A stretch of 64,000 bases of DNA from an uncultured virus (IMG/VR IMGVR_UViG_2877933038_000001) (Duplodnaviria > Heunggongvirae > Uroviricota > Caudoviricetes): IMG/VR virus record IMGVR_UViG_2877933038_000001; one strand, written 5' to 3'. This document shows, piece after piece, positions 10,072-19,485 of this stretch. A model generated the notes under the pieces. It was not told the origin of the DNA and made no database searches. It worked only from the letters and a program-made list of their open reading frames with translations. Both the position numbers and the translations under genes were made by a program. Each line of letters starts with the position of its first letter. Position 1 is the first letter of the stretch.

Positions 10072-10574
10072 TGAGCAACATCGACAAACAGGCGCTGCGG
10101 GAAGCGGCAGAGAAGGCGACAAAAGGTCCATATGTTGTTGGGCATCATAACATCAATCAGCATGGGAATTTAAGCGGCGTCTATGTATGCCAGCAGTGGA
10201 AAGATAGCGCTGGAGGTGTCGTCGCAGAATGCCATGTTAACTGTCTGACAAAAACAAGCGAGCAAGTTTATGCAAATGCCGAATTCATAGCGGTCGCTAA
10301 CCCACGCACCATGCTGGCGCTGCTGGATGAATTGTGCAGCGCCAATGGCTACGCCAGCGCATACGAGGCTGAAAAGTGGCATTACCACGGACTGGCAGAG
10401 TCTGAGGGTGAGCGAGCAGATCGGGCAGAAAAGCAAGTGGAAGAATTAACGATGTGGGTTAAGCGTCTGGCCCACTCGCTTAAAAACACCAGACCAGACG
10501 GAAAGTTACATATCGATGCAATGGACTATTTGAGCAGCAAAGGGTTAATCAGTGTGGAGGATGTATTGAGATGA
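10071..10574 (+). CDS. Ead/Ea22-like protein
   Basis: MSNIDKQALREAAEKAT..NAEFIAVANPRTMLALLDE. Confidence 0.75.
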   Translation: MSNIDKQALREAAEKATKGPYVVGHHNINQHGNLSGVYVCQQWKDSAGGVVAECHVNCLTKTSEQVYANAEFIAVANPRTMLALLDELCSANGYASAYEAEKWHYHGLAESEGERADRAEKQVEELTMWVKRLAHSLKNTRPDGKLHIDAMDYLSSKGLISVEDVLR

Positions 10575-11314
10575 CCACTATTACCAGCGAACAGCAAAAA
10601 CAGATTTTAATTGATACGGCGAACCACGTAATCAGTCGTGATAACACGTCACCGTATAGCGAAAACCTGCGCGAACTGGCGCGTATCGCGCTGTCTGCGC
10701 TCAAAAATGCTCCGTTAGCACTGTCGGATAATCAGGGCAGGCCGAGAGCGCTTGTAGTTCCACCCGCCATTGAGCCAGATTACAAGGTCATTAAAGGTAT
10801 TCTGCCCACGGCCAACCCCGATGAATATGCGTGCTGCATTGCTGCTGACATGTGGAACGCCTGCCGCGCCGACATGCTCCAGGGTGCTGAACCTGTAAGC
10901 CAAACTTACACGTTGCCAGAATTAATCGAAGGCATGGAGGTGTCCATTGATGTCAGCACTTGTGGTGCTGATGCCGGGAATCGCTATTTCGGTACTGTCA
11001 CCGAGGTATCAGAACTGTACACAGCTAAGAACGGTTACATCCTTCTGGTTCAGGACGCGGAACCAAATTTCGATGTGAATGGCAACTCTCCGGCAATTCC
11101 GGGTGGTTGGATAAGCTGTAGTGAGCGTATGCCAGAAGACGAGCAAGAAGTAATTGTTCATAACAAGTTGGGATATCGTTATGTTTCATATTTTGATGAG
11201 CATTCTGGACTATTTTTTGACATGCGAGGCGGCAATCAGATGAACTGCATTGAGCATATCTTGGTTACGCACTGGATGCCGCTGCCAGCAGCACCAGAAC
11301 CAGATCAGAGCTAA
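10571..11314 (+). CDS. Eaa-like protein with C-terminal DUF551
   Basis: WNACRA, WISCSERMP, VTHWMPLPAAP motifs. Confidence 0.75.
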   Translation: MTTITSEQQKQILIDTANHVISRDNTSPYSENLRELARIALSALKNAPLALSDNQGRPRALVVPPAIEPDYKVIKGILPTANPDEYACCIAADMWNACRADMLQGAEPVSQTYTLPELIEGMEVSIDVSTCGADAGNRYFGTVTEVSELYTAKNGYILLVQDAEPNFDVNGNSPAIPGGWISCSERMPEDEQEVIVHNKLGYRYVSYFDEHSGLFFDMRGGNQMNCIEHILVTHWMPLPAAPEPDQS

Positions 11315-11412
11315 TGTCCCGTATCTACATGTCGGTCCTGTGATCGGCATTAGTGAAAAATCAAAAAATACGAATCAGTGATTTGTAATCAACATTTCTT
11401 AGGTTTGTAGAT

Positions 11413-11679
11413 ATGCGAATAATAACCAGGAAGAAACCTGCGTTCACTGACCTGTACCAGACTGGTGTTCTGACGCGCATAGCAGCCGTTAAGACTGACA
11501 GTGGCGGCTGGCGCCTGTTTGGAGTGTGGCGTGATCAGGATATCGCTGTATTTGTGGAAGCGGCGCGCGGCGGCATCCGGGAATGGTCCGGCTTAAATTA
11601 TCTGGCTGAGTTTGTGTTCAGTTGCGGCATTAGTCTCTGGGAGGTTCACAACAAGACGGATCGGAAAACTCCGGCATGA
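11413..11679 (+). CDS. Conserved hypothetical 88-aa protein
   Basis: Identical copy at 54832; followed by terminator 11693-11713. Confidence 0.65.
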   Translation: MRIITRKKPAFTDLYQTGVLTRIAAVKTDSGGWRLFGVWRDQDIAVFVEAARGGIREWSGLNYLAEFVFSCGISLWEVHNKTDRKTPA

Positions 11680-11795
11680 AGTGTTGCGTCATAACCCGCT
11701 GCGGCGGGTTTTTCCGCCTAAAATCTGATATGAAACAACACGCTAGCTTTTGCAAAAAGTGCTATCCACCTCTTGAATATTCTTTTTAATGGGTA

Positions 11796-11815
11796 TACTG
11801 TGTTTATATACAGTA
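11796..11815. promoter_or_regulatory. LexA (SOS) box
   Basis: TACTGTGTTTATATACAGTA upstream of dinI. Confidence 0.9.
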
Positions 11816-11834
11816 GTTAAATGTAGAGGGAATT

Positions 11835-12068
11835 ATGAAGATAGAACTTACGATCAATAAGTCGAAAGAACTGCCGCGCGGCGCCATACCTGCACTTGAG
11901 AAAGAGCTGCTTAAAAGGCTTCAGAATCAATATGAAAATTGCTCTCTGGTTATACGAAGAGCTGGTGGCGATAGTTTGACTGTTTTCGGTGGTGAGAAGG
12001 GCGATAAAAAGAAGGTAGAGGAGATCCTTCAGGAAACGTGGGAAAGCGCTGACGACTGGTTTTATTAA
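11835..12068 (+). CDS. dinI: DinI-family protein
   Basis: LQETWESADDWFY C-terminus. Confidence 0.9.
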   Translation: MKIELTINKSKELPRGAIPALEKELLKRLQNQYENCSLVIRRAGGDSLTVFGGEKGDKKKVEEILQETWESADDWFY

Positions 12069-12184
12069 CATAGCGCTTAATACTGGCGCGCATTTTTCAG
12101 AATACCGCAATTTGCGTATCCCTTTGATGCTGCTGCCGACAATTTTTAACCGCGTCTGTACATCGCCTGAAGGGAGAACAAAAA

Positions 12185-12433
12185 TTGAGTAATTCAGCTT
12201 TGCAAAAGTCAGAAGATAGCTGGTATGACATTGTAAGAAGATCTGATGGCTGCGTGGTGTTTAGCTTTCCATCATCAGGCAGGCATCTTATCTATCGTGT
12301 AAATGGCATGGTATCTATGCGTCCTTTGCTGGATGATGAAGAAGTTTTTACTCCCAACGGTTTTATGCATTTTATTCGCCGTCTCGGCTACCGGGTAACA
12401 CCACCTTCTGATAATATGAAATCAACGGCCTGA
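12185..12433 (+). CDS. Probable SOS-induced antirepressor (Gifsy-2 GftA-like)
   Basis: Second gene of LexA-dinI operon as in Gifsy phages; TTG start with GGGAG RBS. Confidence 0.6.
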   Translation: MSNSALQKSEDSWYDIVRRSDGCVVFSFPSSGRHLIYRVNGMVSMRPLLDDEEVFTPNGFMHFIRRLGYRVTPPSDNMKSTA

Positions 12434-12467
12434 ACAACCGTTAACCTTCTGCGCCACGGAGAATACC

Positions 12468-13070
12468 ATGGCGCACGAATTACAACTCATCAAGCAGTCA
12501 TCTGGAATTCTGATCCCCGCAACGCCGGAGACCAGTGATATTCTGCAATCAAAAATCAAACTCGGCGCCGTGCTGGTGGCTGAGTTCCGTCAGGTGAGGA
12601 ATCCTGCATTCCATCGCCGCTTTTTCGCGTTGCTTAATCTTGGGTTTGAATACTGGGAACCCACCGGCGGTGCCATTTCTGCCAATGAACGCAAACTGGT
12701 AAACGGTTATGCAAAGTTTCTCGCTGCATATGGCGGGAATGAGGGCGCATTACTGGATGCGGCTGAACAGTATCTGGAACAGATTGCAAACCGCCGGGTA
12801 ACAAACGGGATTAGCCTGTGTAAATCATTCGATGCCTACCGCGCATGGGTGACGGTTGAGGCTGGTCACTATGACGCCATCCAGCTACCGGACGGCACCC
12901 TTCGCAAACATCCCCGCAGCATCGCTTTTTCCAGTATGGATGAGGTCGAATTTCAGCAGTTGTATAAATCCGCGCTTGATGTGCTCTGGCAGTGGATTTT
13001 ATCACGGACATTCCGTACCCAGCGCGAGGCCGAGAACGCCGCCGCCCAGCTCATGAGCTTTGCGGGGTGA
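12468..13070 (+). CDS. DUF1367-family nin-region protein
   Basis: RNPAFHRRFFALL, PRSIAFSSMDE. Confidence 0.8.
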   Translation: MAHELQLIKQSSGILIPATPETSDILQSKIKLGAVLVAEFRQVRNPAFHRRFFALLNLGFEYWEPTGGAISANERKLVNGYAKFLAAYGGNEGALLDAAEQYLEQIANRRVTNGISLCKSFDAYRAWVTVEAGHYDAIQLPDGTLRKHPRSIAFSSMDEVEFQQLYKSALDVLWQWILSRTFRTQREAENAAAQLMSFAG

Positions 13071-13075
13071 TGGCG

Positions 13076-13276
13076 ATGAAATACTCCTGGTTCCATCATC
13101 ACGACTGCACAACCGAGCAGGCCGACACTCTGATATCGGATTATCAGAAGCGGGGCATAAGGACAGAAAAGAGCCTGAATCCTGACTTCATTACCTGGAC
13201 TGTCAGCGCGAAATTACCTGAATATGCACACCGGGTGCGGACGCCAAAATCCTTACGCCAAAAGGTCTGGGGGTGA
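13076..13276 (+). CDS. Hypothetical nin-region protein
   Basis: MKYSWFHHHDC; duplicated at 57638. Confidence 0.65.
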   Translation: MKYSWFHHHDCTTEQADTLISDYQKRGIRTEKSLNPDFITWTVSAKLPEYAHRVRTPKSLRQKVWG

Positions 13277-13278
13277 GC

Positions 13279-13890
13279 ATGGCTAAATTACCGCGCCGTA
13301 AGTGCGCAAACAAAGAATGCCGCCAGTGGTTTCACCCGATACGCGAGGGGCAGATCGTTTGCTCGTACCAGTGTGCCAGCGCCGTCGGCAAAGAACAAAC
13401 CAGAAAATCTCGCGAAGCCGCGCAACGTAAGGCGCAATCCCTTCAGCGCGCCGCTGAGAAAAAAGAACGCGCCGCCTGGCGCCAGCGGAAAGCCGCGGTT
13501 AAGCCGCTGAAGCACTGGATTGACTTGACGCAGCGCGCCGTAAATGACATTTGCCGCGAAACCGAACTGGCAGAAGGACTCGGTTGCATCTCCTGTGGAA
13601 CGAAGACGGCGTTCGCATGGCATGCAGGCCATTACAGGACTACGGCCGCCGCCGGGCATCTGCGCTTCACTCGCTTCAATATCCATCTTCAGTGTGATGT
13701 CTGCAACGTCTACAAATCAGGGAACATCGAAGCATATCGTACCGCGCTGGTTGAGCGTTACGGTGAGGCGGCGGTGCTGGCACTCGAGAACAATAACACC
13801 CCGCACCGCTGGACGGTCGAGGAGCTGAAGGAAATCAGGCTCGCGGCTCTGGCGGATCTGCGTGCGCTAAAAAAGCTGGAGGCCGCATGA
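13279..13890 (+). CDS. ninG: NinG/Rap endonuclease
   Basis: CISCG, HAGHYR, NIHLQCDVCN motifs. Confidence 0.9.
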   Translation: MAKLPRRKCANKECRQWFHPIREGQIVCSYQCASAVGKEQTRKSREAAQRKAQSLQRAAEKKERAAWRQRKAAVKPLKHWIDLTQRAVNDICRETELAEGLGCISCGTKTAFAWHAGHYRTTAAAGHLRFTRFNIHLQCDVCNVYKSGNIEAYRTALVERYGEAAVLALENNNTPHRWTVEELKEIRLAALADLRALKKLEAA

Positions 13891-14033
13891 AACCAGAACT
13901 GATCGAGATACTCCGCATGCGCTGGTTGCGTCTCCGAATTTATCGATACCGGGGATCTTTTCCTGTGGCATACCGCATTCTTCGTAATTACGTCCGCATT
14001 GAAGCAAAACGGGAGCATCGAAATGAATCTTGA
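13887..14033 (+). CDS. Small YlcG-like protein (48 aa)
   Basis: MKPELIEILRMRWLRLRIY; ATGA-coupled to ninG; below ORF-track cutoff. Confidence 0.6.
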   Translation: MKPELIEILRMRWLRLRIYRYRGSFPVAYRILRNYVRIEAKREHRNES

Positions 14034-14820
14034 GTCCTTACCGAAATATTTTTCACCTAAATCCATGATGCCCGGCGCAGTACCATGCGGAATAACGTCT
14101 GATACGCTGACTATTACTGACGTAATGGCATCTCTCGGGCTACTTACTGCAAAAGCCGCAGTGGGTATTGAATTGTATCTGGCAAAAGCCGGGGTTTTAT
14201 CTTCTGAAAATATCATCGCCTACATCAGGCAATTAGCAGAGCAGCGTGCAGAACGGCATGGGGCATTACGGAAAATGGAAAAGGGTAAGCGCTCAAAATT
14301 TCTCGACACTATGGCGCGTTATGTATTTCGCGATTATTCCCTCAGTGCGGCCAGCTTGGTGACGTGCAGTAGCTGTCATGGTGCTAAATTAATTGATGCT
14401 GAGGTTTTCACGAACAAGGTTACTTACCCGGATGGTAAGCCACCAAAATGGGTAAAAGATACGAAAGGTATTTCTCCGTCCGACTGGGAGGTGTGGAAAT
14501 CAGTTCGTGAGCAGGTGCGCGTAGTGTGTAAGGCGTGTGATGGCAAAGGCCAGGTGAAAAATGAATGTCGTTGCCGGGGACGCGGAGAAATTCTCGATAA
14601 GAAAAAATCTGAGTTGCAGGGCGTGCCGGTTTATAAAAAATGCCCAAGATGCAAGGGAAGAGGCTACCCACGTCTCAAAGATACCGAGATTTTTAAAGCA
14701 CTAGGAGTAACGGAAATGGTATGGCGGTACAACTATAAACTGTTTTTCGATCGACTGGTGGAGCATTGCCATATTGAGGAGTCGTATGCAGAAAAGGTTC
14801 TGGGAAACGTGACTCGATGA
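14023..14820 (+). CDS. Q: Late antiterminator Q
   Basis: MNLESLPKYFSPKS, Zn-finger CxxC repeats, precedes lysis genes. Confidence 0.9.
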   Translation: MNLESLPKYFSPKSMMPGAVPCGITSDTLTITDVMASLGLLTAKAAVGIELYLAKAGVLSSENIIAYIRQLAEQRAERHGALRKMEKGKRSKFLDTMARYVFRDYSLSAASLVTCSSCHGAKLIDAEVFTNKVTYPDGKPPKWVKDTKGISPSDWEVWKSVREQVRVVCKACDGKGQVKNECRCRGRGEILDKKKSELQGVPVYKKCPRCKGRGYPRLKDTEIFKALGVTEMVWRYNYKLFFDRLVEHCHIEESYAEKVLGNVTR

Positions 14821-14910
14821 CCAAAATAATTTAGCTATTGCAAAATTAACGGAAAATGGCTAACCTGATTCCAACGATGGGTTATTACGCCTGTGACGTT
14901 ACAAGAATTA

Positions 14911-14940
14911 AGAACCTCGCCTCGGCGGGGTTTTCTTTTA
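14911..14940 (+). terminator. tR'-like terminator after late promoter
   Basis: AACCTCGCC-TC-GGCGGGGTT followed by T-run. Confidence 0.7.
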
Positions 14941-15218
14941 TGGATTCCCGACGCCAATAAGACAAAGTGCGGGGAGTGATGCGGAGTCTACATGTTCCAG
15001 CCGACCGCAAAGCTCACACGGGCAGGACCACAATCTGATACCGCGATAGCTTTTGCTGATCGCGCCGGAGCGGTAACCGGCAACAATTTAAGCCTCGGTG
15101 ATTGCCGGGGCTTTTCTGTTTGTGCCGTCCGGAATAATCCCTCTGAGCTTTGTCGTTGATCCACCGGGCGGCCTTCCTACTTCACACTGCGCCATCCGAG
15201 CTATCGGAGGTGAGGCTT

Positions 15219-15566
15219 ATGAAAATGCACAACGATCCCCATTCCTGGCAGGGCTGGCTGGAGCTGTTCCAGAGCTGGTGGCGAGGAGATACGCCGCTGG
15301 GCGCTGTTCTGATGTCGTTATTTATGGCCGGTCTGCGCATTGCCTATTTTGGCGGTAACGGTGGCTGGAAGAAAAAGACACTCGAAATTCTGCTTTGCGG
15401 CGCCCTGACGTTGACCTTCTCATCTGCGCTGGAATATTTCGGCTGGCCCAAGTCCCTGTCTGTTGCGATTGGTGGCGGCGTCGGCCTTATCGGCGTGGAT
15501 GCTATCCGGGGCTTTGCAATGAAGTTTATCAGTGGTCGTATCGGTGGGGATAATAACAAGGTTTAA
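15219..15566 (+). CDS. Lambda-family holin with dual start (Met-Lys-Met)
   Basis: MKM start, hairpin TCCGAGCTATCGGA over RBS, TM segments. Confidence 0.9.
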   Translation: MKMHNDPHSWQGWLELFQSWWRGDTPLGAVLMSLFMAGLRIAYFGGNGGWKKKTLEILLCGALTLTFSSALEYFGWPKSLSVAIGGGVGLIGVDAIRGFAMKFISGRIGGDNNKV

Positions 15567-15568
15567 TC

Positions 15569-16183
15569 ATGAACGAGTCTCAATTTCAGCAGGCGGCTGG
15601 TATTAGCGCCGGGCTTTCTGTGCGCTGGTATCCACATATTACGGCGGCAATGAGCGAATTCGGTATTACTGCACCACTGGATCAGGCCATGTTCATTGCA
15701 CAAACGGGACATGAATCAGCAGGATTTACTGTTCTGAAGGAAAGCTTCAATTATTCGGTGGGGGCGCTGAAGAAGACGTTTGGTAAACGCCTGACGACTT
15801 ATCAGTGCGAAATGCTGGGGCGTATTGATGGTCGCCAGGTTGCCCACCAGCCACAAATAGCCAATCTGGTTTACGGTGGCCGCATGGGTAACAAAGACGC
15901 CGGAGATGGCTGGAAGTATCGCGGGCGTGGGCTTATCCAGATTACCGGGCTGGAGAATTACACCAGATGCGGCGTTGCTCTGAAACTGGATCTGGTGGCG
16001 AATCCGGGACAGCTTGAACTGGATCGTCATGCCGCCCGTTCCGCAGCGTGGTTTTTTGTGACTAGAGGGTGTCTGAAATACTCCGGCGACCTGGTACGCG
16101 TTACGCAGATCATTAACGGAGGGCAGAACGGCATCGGTGACAGGCGAGAGCGCTTTGAAAAAGCAAAATCGGTGCTGGTATGA
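15569..16183 (+). CDS. Endolysin, glycoside hydrolase family 19
   Basis: [25 protein letters not shown]. Confidence 0.9.
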   Translation: MNESQFQQAAGISAGLSVRWYPHITAAMSEFGITAPLDQAMFIAQTGHESAGFTVLKESFNYSVGALKKTFGKRLTTYQCEMLGRIDGRQVAHQPQIANLVYGGRMGNKDAGDGWKYRGRGLIQITGLENYTRCGVALKLDLVANPGQLELDRHAARSAAWFFVTRGCLKYSGDLVRVTQIINGGQNGIGDRRERFEKAKSVLV

Positions 16184-16722
16184 ATCTGTTACCTGTATTG
16201 CTTAAAAAATTCTGGAAGCCATTAGCAGAAATACTGCTGGTGGCTTTTTTGTTATGTGCTGGTGCGTACTGGTGTTATTCACGAGGTTATCAGAAGGCGG
16301 ATACATCCTGGAAATTCCAGTGGGCGCAACGAGACCTTACTGATGTGACCACCGCATTGCAGCGTGAAGTAACCGAAAGAGCGAAAGAGCAGCGTCGCCA
16401 GCACGCCGCAGATGAAGAACGGAAAAGAGCTGATGAAGAACTGGCAAAAATACAGGCCGATGCTGATGCTGCTGAGCGTGCTCGCGGTGGGCTGCAACAG
16501 CAGCTCGCGGCAGTACAACGGCAACTTGCAGGAAGTGAAACCGGCAGGCTTTCCGCTCTTGCCGCAGCAAGCCAGGCAAAAGCCGAGACCGGAATACAGC
16601 TCGCCAAGTTGCTTGGCGAAGCTGACGATCTGGCGGGAAAGTTCGCAAAAGAGGCTGATGAGCGTTATGTCGCCGGAAGCACATGCGAACGTACCTGGGA
16701 CAAAGTGACCGGGCAGAACTGA
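16180..16722 (+). CDS. i-spanin (Rz-like, DUF2514)
   Basis: N-terminal TM plus coiled coil after lysin. Confidence 0.8.
   Translation: MNLLPVLLKKFWKPLAEILLVAFLLCAGAYWCYSRGYQKADTSWKFQWAQRDLTDVTTALQREVTERAKEQRRQHAADEERKRADEELAKIQADADAAERARGGLQQQLAAVQRQLAGSETGRLSALAAASQAKAETGIQLAKLLGEADDLAGKFAKEADERYVAGSTCERTWDKVTGQN
16412..16708 (+). CDS. Embedded o-spanin (Rz1-like lipoprotein); start uncertain
   Basis: +1 frame inside Rz; LLSVLAVGC lipobox, Pro-rich. Confidence 0.6.
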   Translation: MKNGKELMKNWQKYRPMLMLLSVLAVGCNSSSRQYNGNLQEVKPAGFPLLPQQARQKPRPEYSSPSCLAKLTIWRESSQKRLMSVMSPEAHANVPGTK

Positions 16723-16744
16723 AACCTGATAACAAGGAAAATTA

Positions 16745-16819
16745 ATGAAGGCAAAATTATTCGTACTGGCCCTGGTATGTGTGTCCCTCGCCGGGTGTAC
16801 AACGCTTTATTATCGGTAA
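16745..16819 (+). CDS. 24-aa lipopeptide MKAKLFVLALVCVSLAGCTTLYYR
   Basis: AAGGA RBS, LAGC lipobox, TAATG coupling to next gene. Confidence 0.6.
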   Translation: MKAKLFVLALVCVSLAGCTTLYYR

Positions 16820-17328
16820 TGACTATGCGCCGTATATTAGCCACCGCTGCCGCACTTTGTCTTGGCGGCTGTATTACCGTGTATGGTCCGGTTAAAACGG
16901 GCGGGCAGCAACAGCAGGACAGCCAGTCCGGGCAGCAGCCAGGGATGAGCGAACAGATATCAACCTCATTCATTGGTAACCGTAAACCGGATGAGTTGTT
17001 GAATGCCGTGGCGCTGTATTTCAGGGAGAAGGCCATCACAGCCAGTGTTAACGACCAGACCACAGGGATTATCGCCGGTAGAGGAGATGACCCGGAACTG
17101 AGTTCGTTGTATCTGGACTGTTCACTGTTACCGCAGACACAAAATATCCAGGAGCATTACCGTATCGTCGCGCAGGTCTGGAGTGCCGGTGAAGGCAGTA
17201 ATGTTTCGGTAATGGTGACAGGCTCTGCCGGACTGGATACTGCCGACGGTAACGATAAGGTGAAACCGGTTGAGTGTAAAAGTACCGGGATATTTGAGAA
17301 GGATTTGCTGGAACGGTTACGTAAGTAA
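16819..17328 (+). CDS. Lipoprotein of unknown function
   Basis: MTMRRILATAAALCLGGC lipobox. Confidence 0.75.
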   Translation: MTMRRILATAAALCLGGCITVYGPVKTGGQQQQDSQSGQQPGMSEQISTSFIGNRKPDELLNAVALYFREKAITASVNDQTTGIIAGRGDDPELSSLYLDCSLLPQTQNIQEHYRIVAQVWSAGEGSNVSVMVTGSAGLDTADGNDKVKPVECKSTGIFEKDLLERLRK

Positions 17329-17388
17329 GCATTACAGCAGGCATTCCCTGAGTGTCTGCGATAATGACAAACAGGCAGGTGATCAGAT

Positions 17389-18141
17389 ATGGCAAAACCG
17401 GACTGGGGAGCACTGCAACACCAGTTCCTCGCCGAACATGCTAAATCCGGCATTTCCCCCAAAGACTGGTGTGAAGCGCAGGGACTGAATTACGCCAGCG
17501 CAAAGCGTTATATCAAGATTGCGAATAGTGCTGCGAATTCGCAAAAAAAAACTGCGAATCAAACTGCGAATTCGCAGAAAGGAAAAATGCGTAACTCCAC
17601 TCAGGAGAAGGCTTGCAAGGGAAAAGATAAAACTGCGAATAAAAGCGAAAACTCCACAAATTCTCCAGAAACGAAACCGATACGCGGATCCAGGCGGTCA
17701 CCGCCAACAAACCCATTCAAACCCGGAAACCAGCAAGCCCTTAAACATGGGGGATATGGGCGCCGCATGCTTCTATCTGACGCCATTACAGAGGATGCAC
17801 AAGCGCTCACGCTGGATGATGAGCTTTTCTGGCTACGTGCTGCGAACTTGACTGCGGCGGAGAACATCGGTCGCTGGCAGACAGAGTTAGAACTCGCTAA
17901 TGACGAGGCAGCAAAAGACCTTCATGAACTTATTTCCTCCGCGGAGAAAGCTATGCACCGCAATACTGCGCGTATTGAGTCGCTGGAATACACCAAAGGA
18001 TCAATAGCGAAACTTCAAGTTGATGCCGCGTACCGGGAAGCAGTCACTGAAAAAGTTGAACTGGAAATCGATGTGATGAAAGACGGTGATAAAGACAACG
18101 CGATTGTCGTTCATAACTCGCTGCCAATACCGGGAAGATGA
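17389..18141 (+). CDS. terS: Terminase small subunit
   Basis: MAKPDW, PGNQQALKHGGY motif; precedes terL. Confidence 0.85.
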   Translation: MAKPDWGALQHQFLAEHAKSGISPKDWCEAQGLNYASAKRYIKIANSAANSQKKTANQTANSQKGKMRNSTQEKACKGKDKTANKSENSTNSPETKPIRGSRRSPPTNPFKPGNQQALKHGGYGRRMLLSDAITEDAQALTLDDELFWLRAANLTAAENIGRWQTELELANDEAAKDLHELISSAEKAMHRNTARIESLEYTKGSIAKLQVDAAYREAVTEKVELEIDVMKDGDKDNAIVVHNSLPIPGR

Positions 18142-18142
18142 T

Positions 18143-19474
18143 ATGGCCGATATTTACCTTCCTACGCTGCATGACGGGCAATTAAAGGTCTGGTCTGATT
18201 CCTGGGAAGGTCAGTTGCATGCGGTCCGGTGTGGTCGTCGCTGGGGCAAAACCTTCATGCTTTCCAGCGCCGCGGTGACCTACGCCACAGCGCCATTCAA
18301 ACGACCTGGTATGGATATTGAACTTGGCGGCAGGGTGGGGATTTTTACTGCTGAATATCGTCAGTATCAGGAGATCTACGACAAGCTCGAAGAAATCCTG
18401 CTGCCTCTGAAAAAAAGCTTCAGCCGCCAGGAGAAGCGACTGCTGCTGAAGAACGGCGGGAAGATCGACTTCTGGGTCACCAACGACAACAAACTGGCTG
18501 GCCGTGGTCGTGAATACGAAATCATCCTGATAGACGAGGCGGCGTTTACCAAGTCGCCTGAGATGCTGAGGGAGATATGGCCCAAGTCGATTAAGCCAAC
18601 ACTGCTGACGACGAAAGGCCGGGCCTACGTATTTTCAACACCGGACGGTGTGGACGAAGAGAACTTCTTTTATGCCATCTGCCACGACAAGAACCTTGGC
18701 TTTATAGAGCACCACGCGCCGACATCTTCCAATCCGTTCGTTCCGCCTGAAGAACTGGAAAAGGAAGAGGCGAACAACGACCCACGAGTGTTCCGCCAGG
18801 AGTTTCTGGCCGAGTTCGTCGACTGGTCAGCCGCTTCGCTGTTCGACGTCCGGAAATGGTTTGAGGGTGAGAATCAGGATCAGCCTGTCGATTACCCTGA
18901 AATGTGCCAGGCCGTCTTTGCTGTCATGGATACTGCCGTTAAAGGTGGTTCTGAGCATGACGGCACGGCGGTGGTGTATTACGCCGTCGACACCCGGCCC
19001 GGCATTCAGCGCCTCACCATTCTGGACTGGGATGTGGTGCAGATTGACGGCGCACTGCTGGAAACGTGGATGCCGTCGGTATTCGACCGGCTCAACGAGC
19101 TTTCCGGCCAGTGCGTTGCCATCAACGGCAGCCTCGGCGTTTTTATCGAAGACGCCAGTATGGGCAGCATCCTCCTGCAGAAAGGCGAAAGCCTGGGATG
19201 GCCAGTCAACAAAATTGAGTCCGCCCTGACCAGCAAAGGAAAGGACGAGCGCGCCATTATGGCCTCCGGTTATCACTACCGCGGGCTGGCGAAAATATCC
19301 CGATACGCCTTCGAGAAGACAGCCGTCTTCAAGGGCGAGACAGCAAACCATCTGCACAAGCAGGTTTCCCGATTCCACCTTGCCGACAAGAACGCGCATA
19401 AACGCGCCGATGACTTGCTCGATGATTATACCTACGGGCTGATCATCGCCTTCGGCAGCGGCGACGCAATCTGA
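18143..19474 (+). CDS. terL: Terminase large subunit
   Basis: GRRWGKT Walker A, ILIDEAA Walker B, C-terminal acidic nuclease residues. Confidence 0.9.
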   Translation: MADIYLPTLHDGQLKVWSDSWEGQLHAVRCGRRWGKTFMLSSAAVTYATAPFKRPGMDIELGGRVGIFTAEYRQYQEIYDKLEEILLPLKKSFSRQEKRLLLKNGGKIDFWVTNDNKLAGRGREYEIILIDEAAFTKSPEMLREIWPKSIKPTLLTTKGRAYVFSTPDGVDEENFFYAICHDKNLGFIEHHAPTSSNPFVPPEELEKEEANNDPRVFRQEFLAEFVDWSAASLFDVRKWFEGENQDQPVDYPEMCQAVFAVMDTAVKGGSEHDGTAVVYYAVDTRPGIQRLTILDWDVVQIDGALLETWMPSVFDRLNELSGQCVAINGSLGVFIEDASMGSILLQKGESLGWPVNKIESALTSKGKDERAIMASGYHYRGLAKISRYAFEKTAVFKGETANHLHKQVSRFHLADKNAHKRADDLLDDYTYGLIIAFGSGDAI

Positions 19475-19485
19475 CGAGAGGACCA

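Larger units (their letters stand above)
13853..15244 (+). repeat. Direct repeat copy 1 (Q-pR'-holin start), partner 58415-59806
   Basis: Sequence identical by eye at offset 44562; Q proteins identical. Confidence 0.9.

Noticed and set aside
14940..15120. Possible tRNA remnants in the late leader (GCCGG..CCGGCAACA)
   Set aside because: No D or T arm (no GTTCGA) and no cloverleaf; cannot support a tRNA call.
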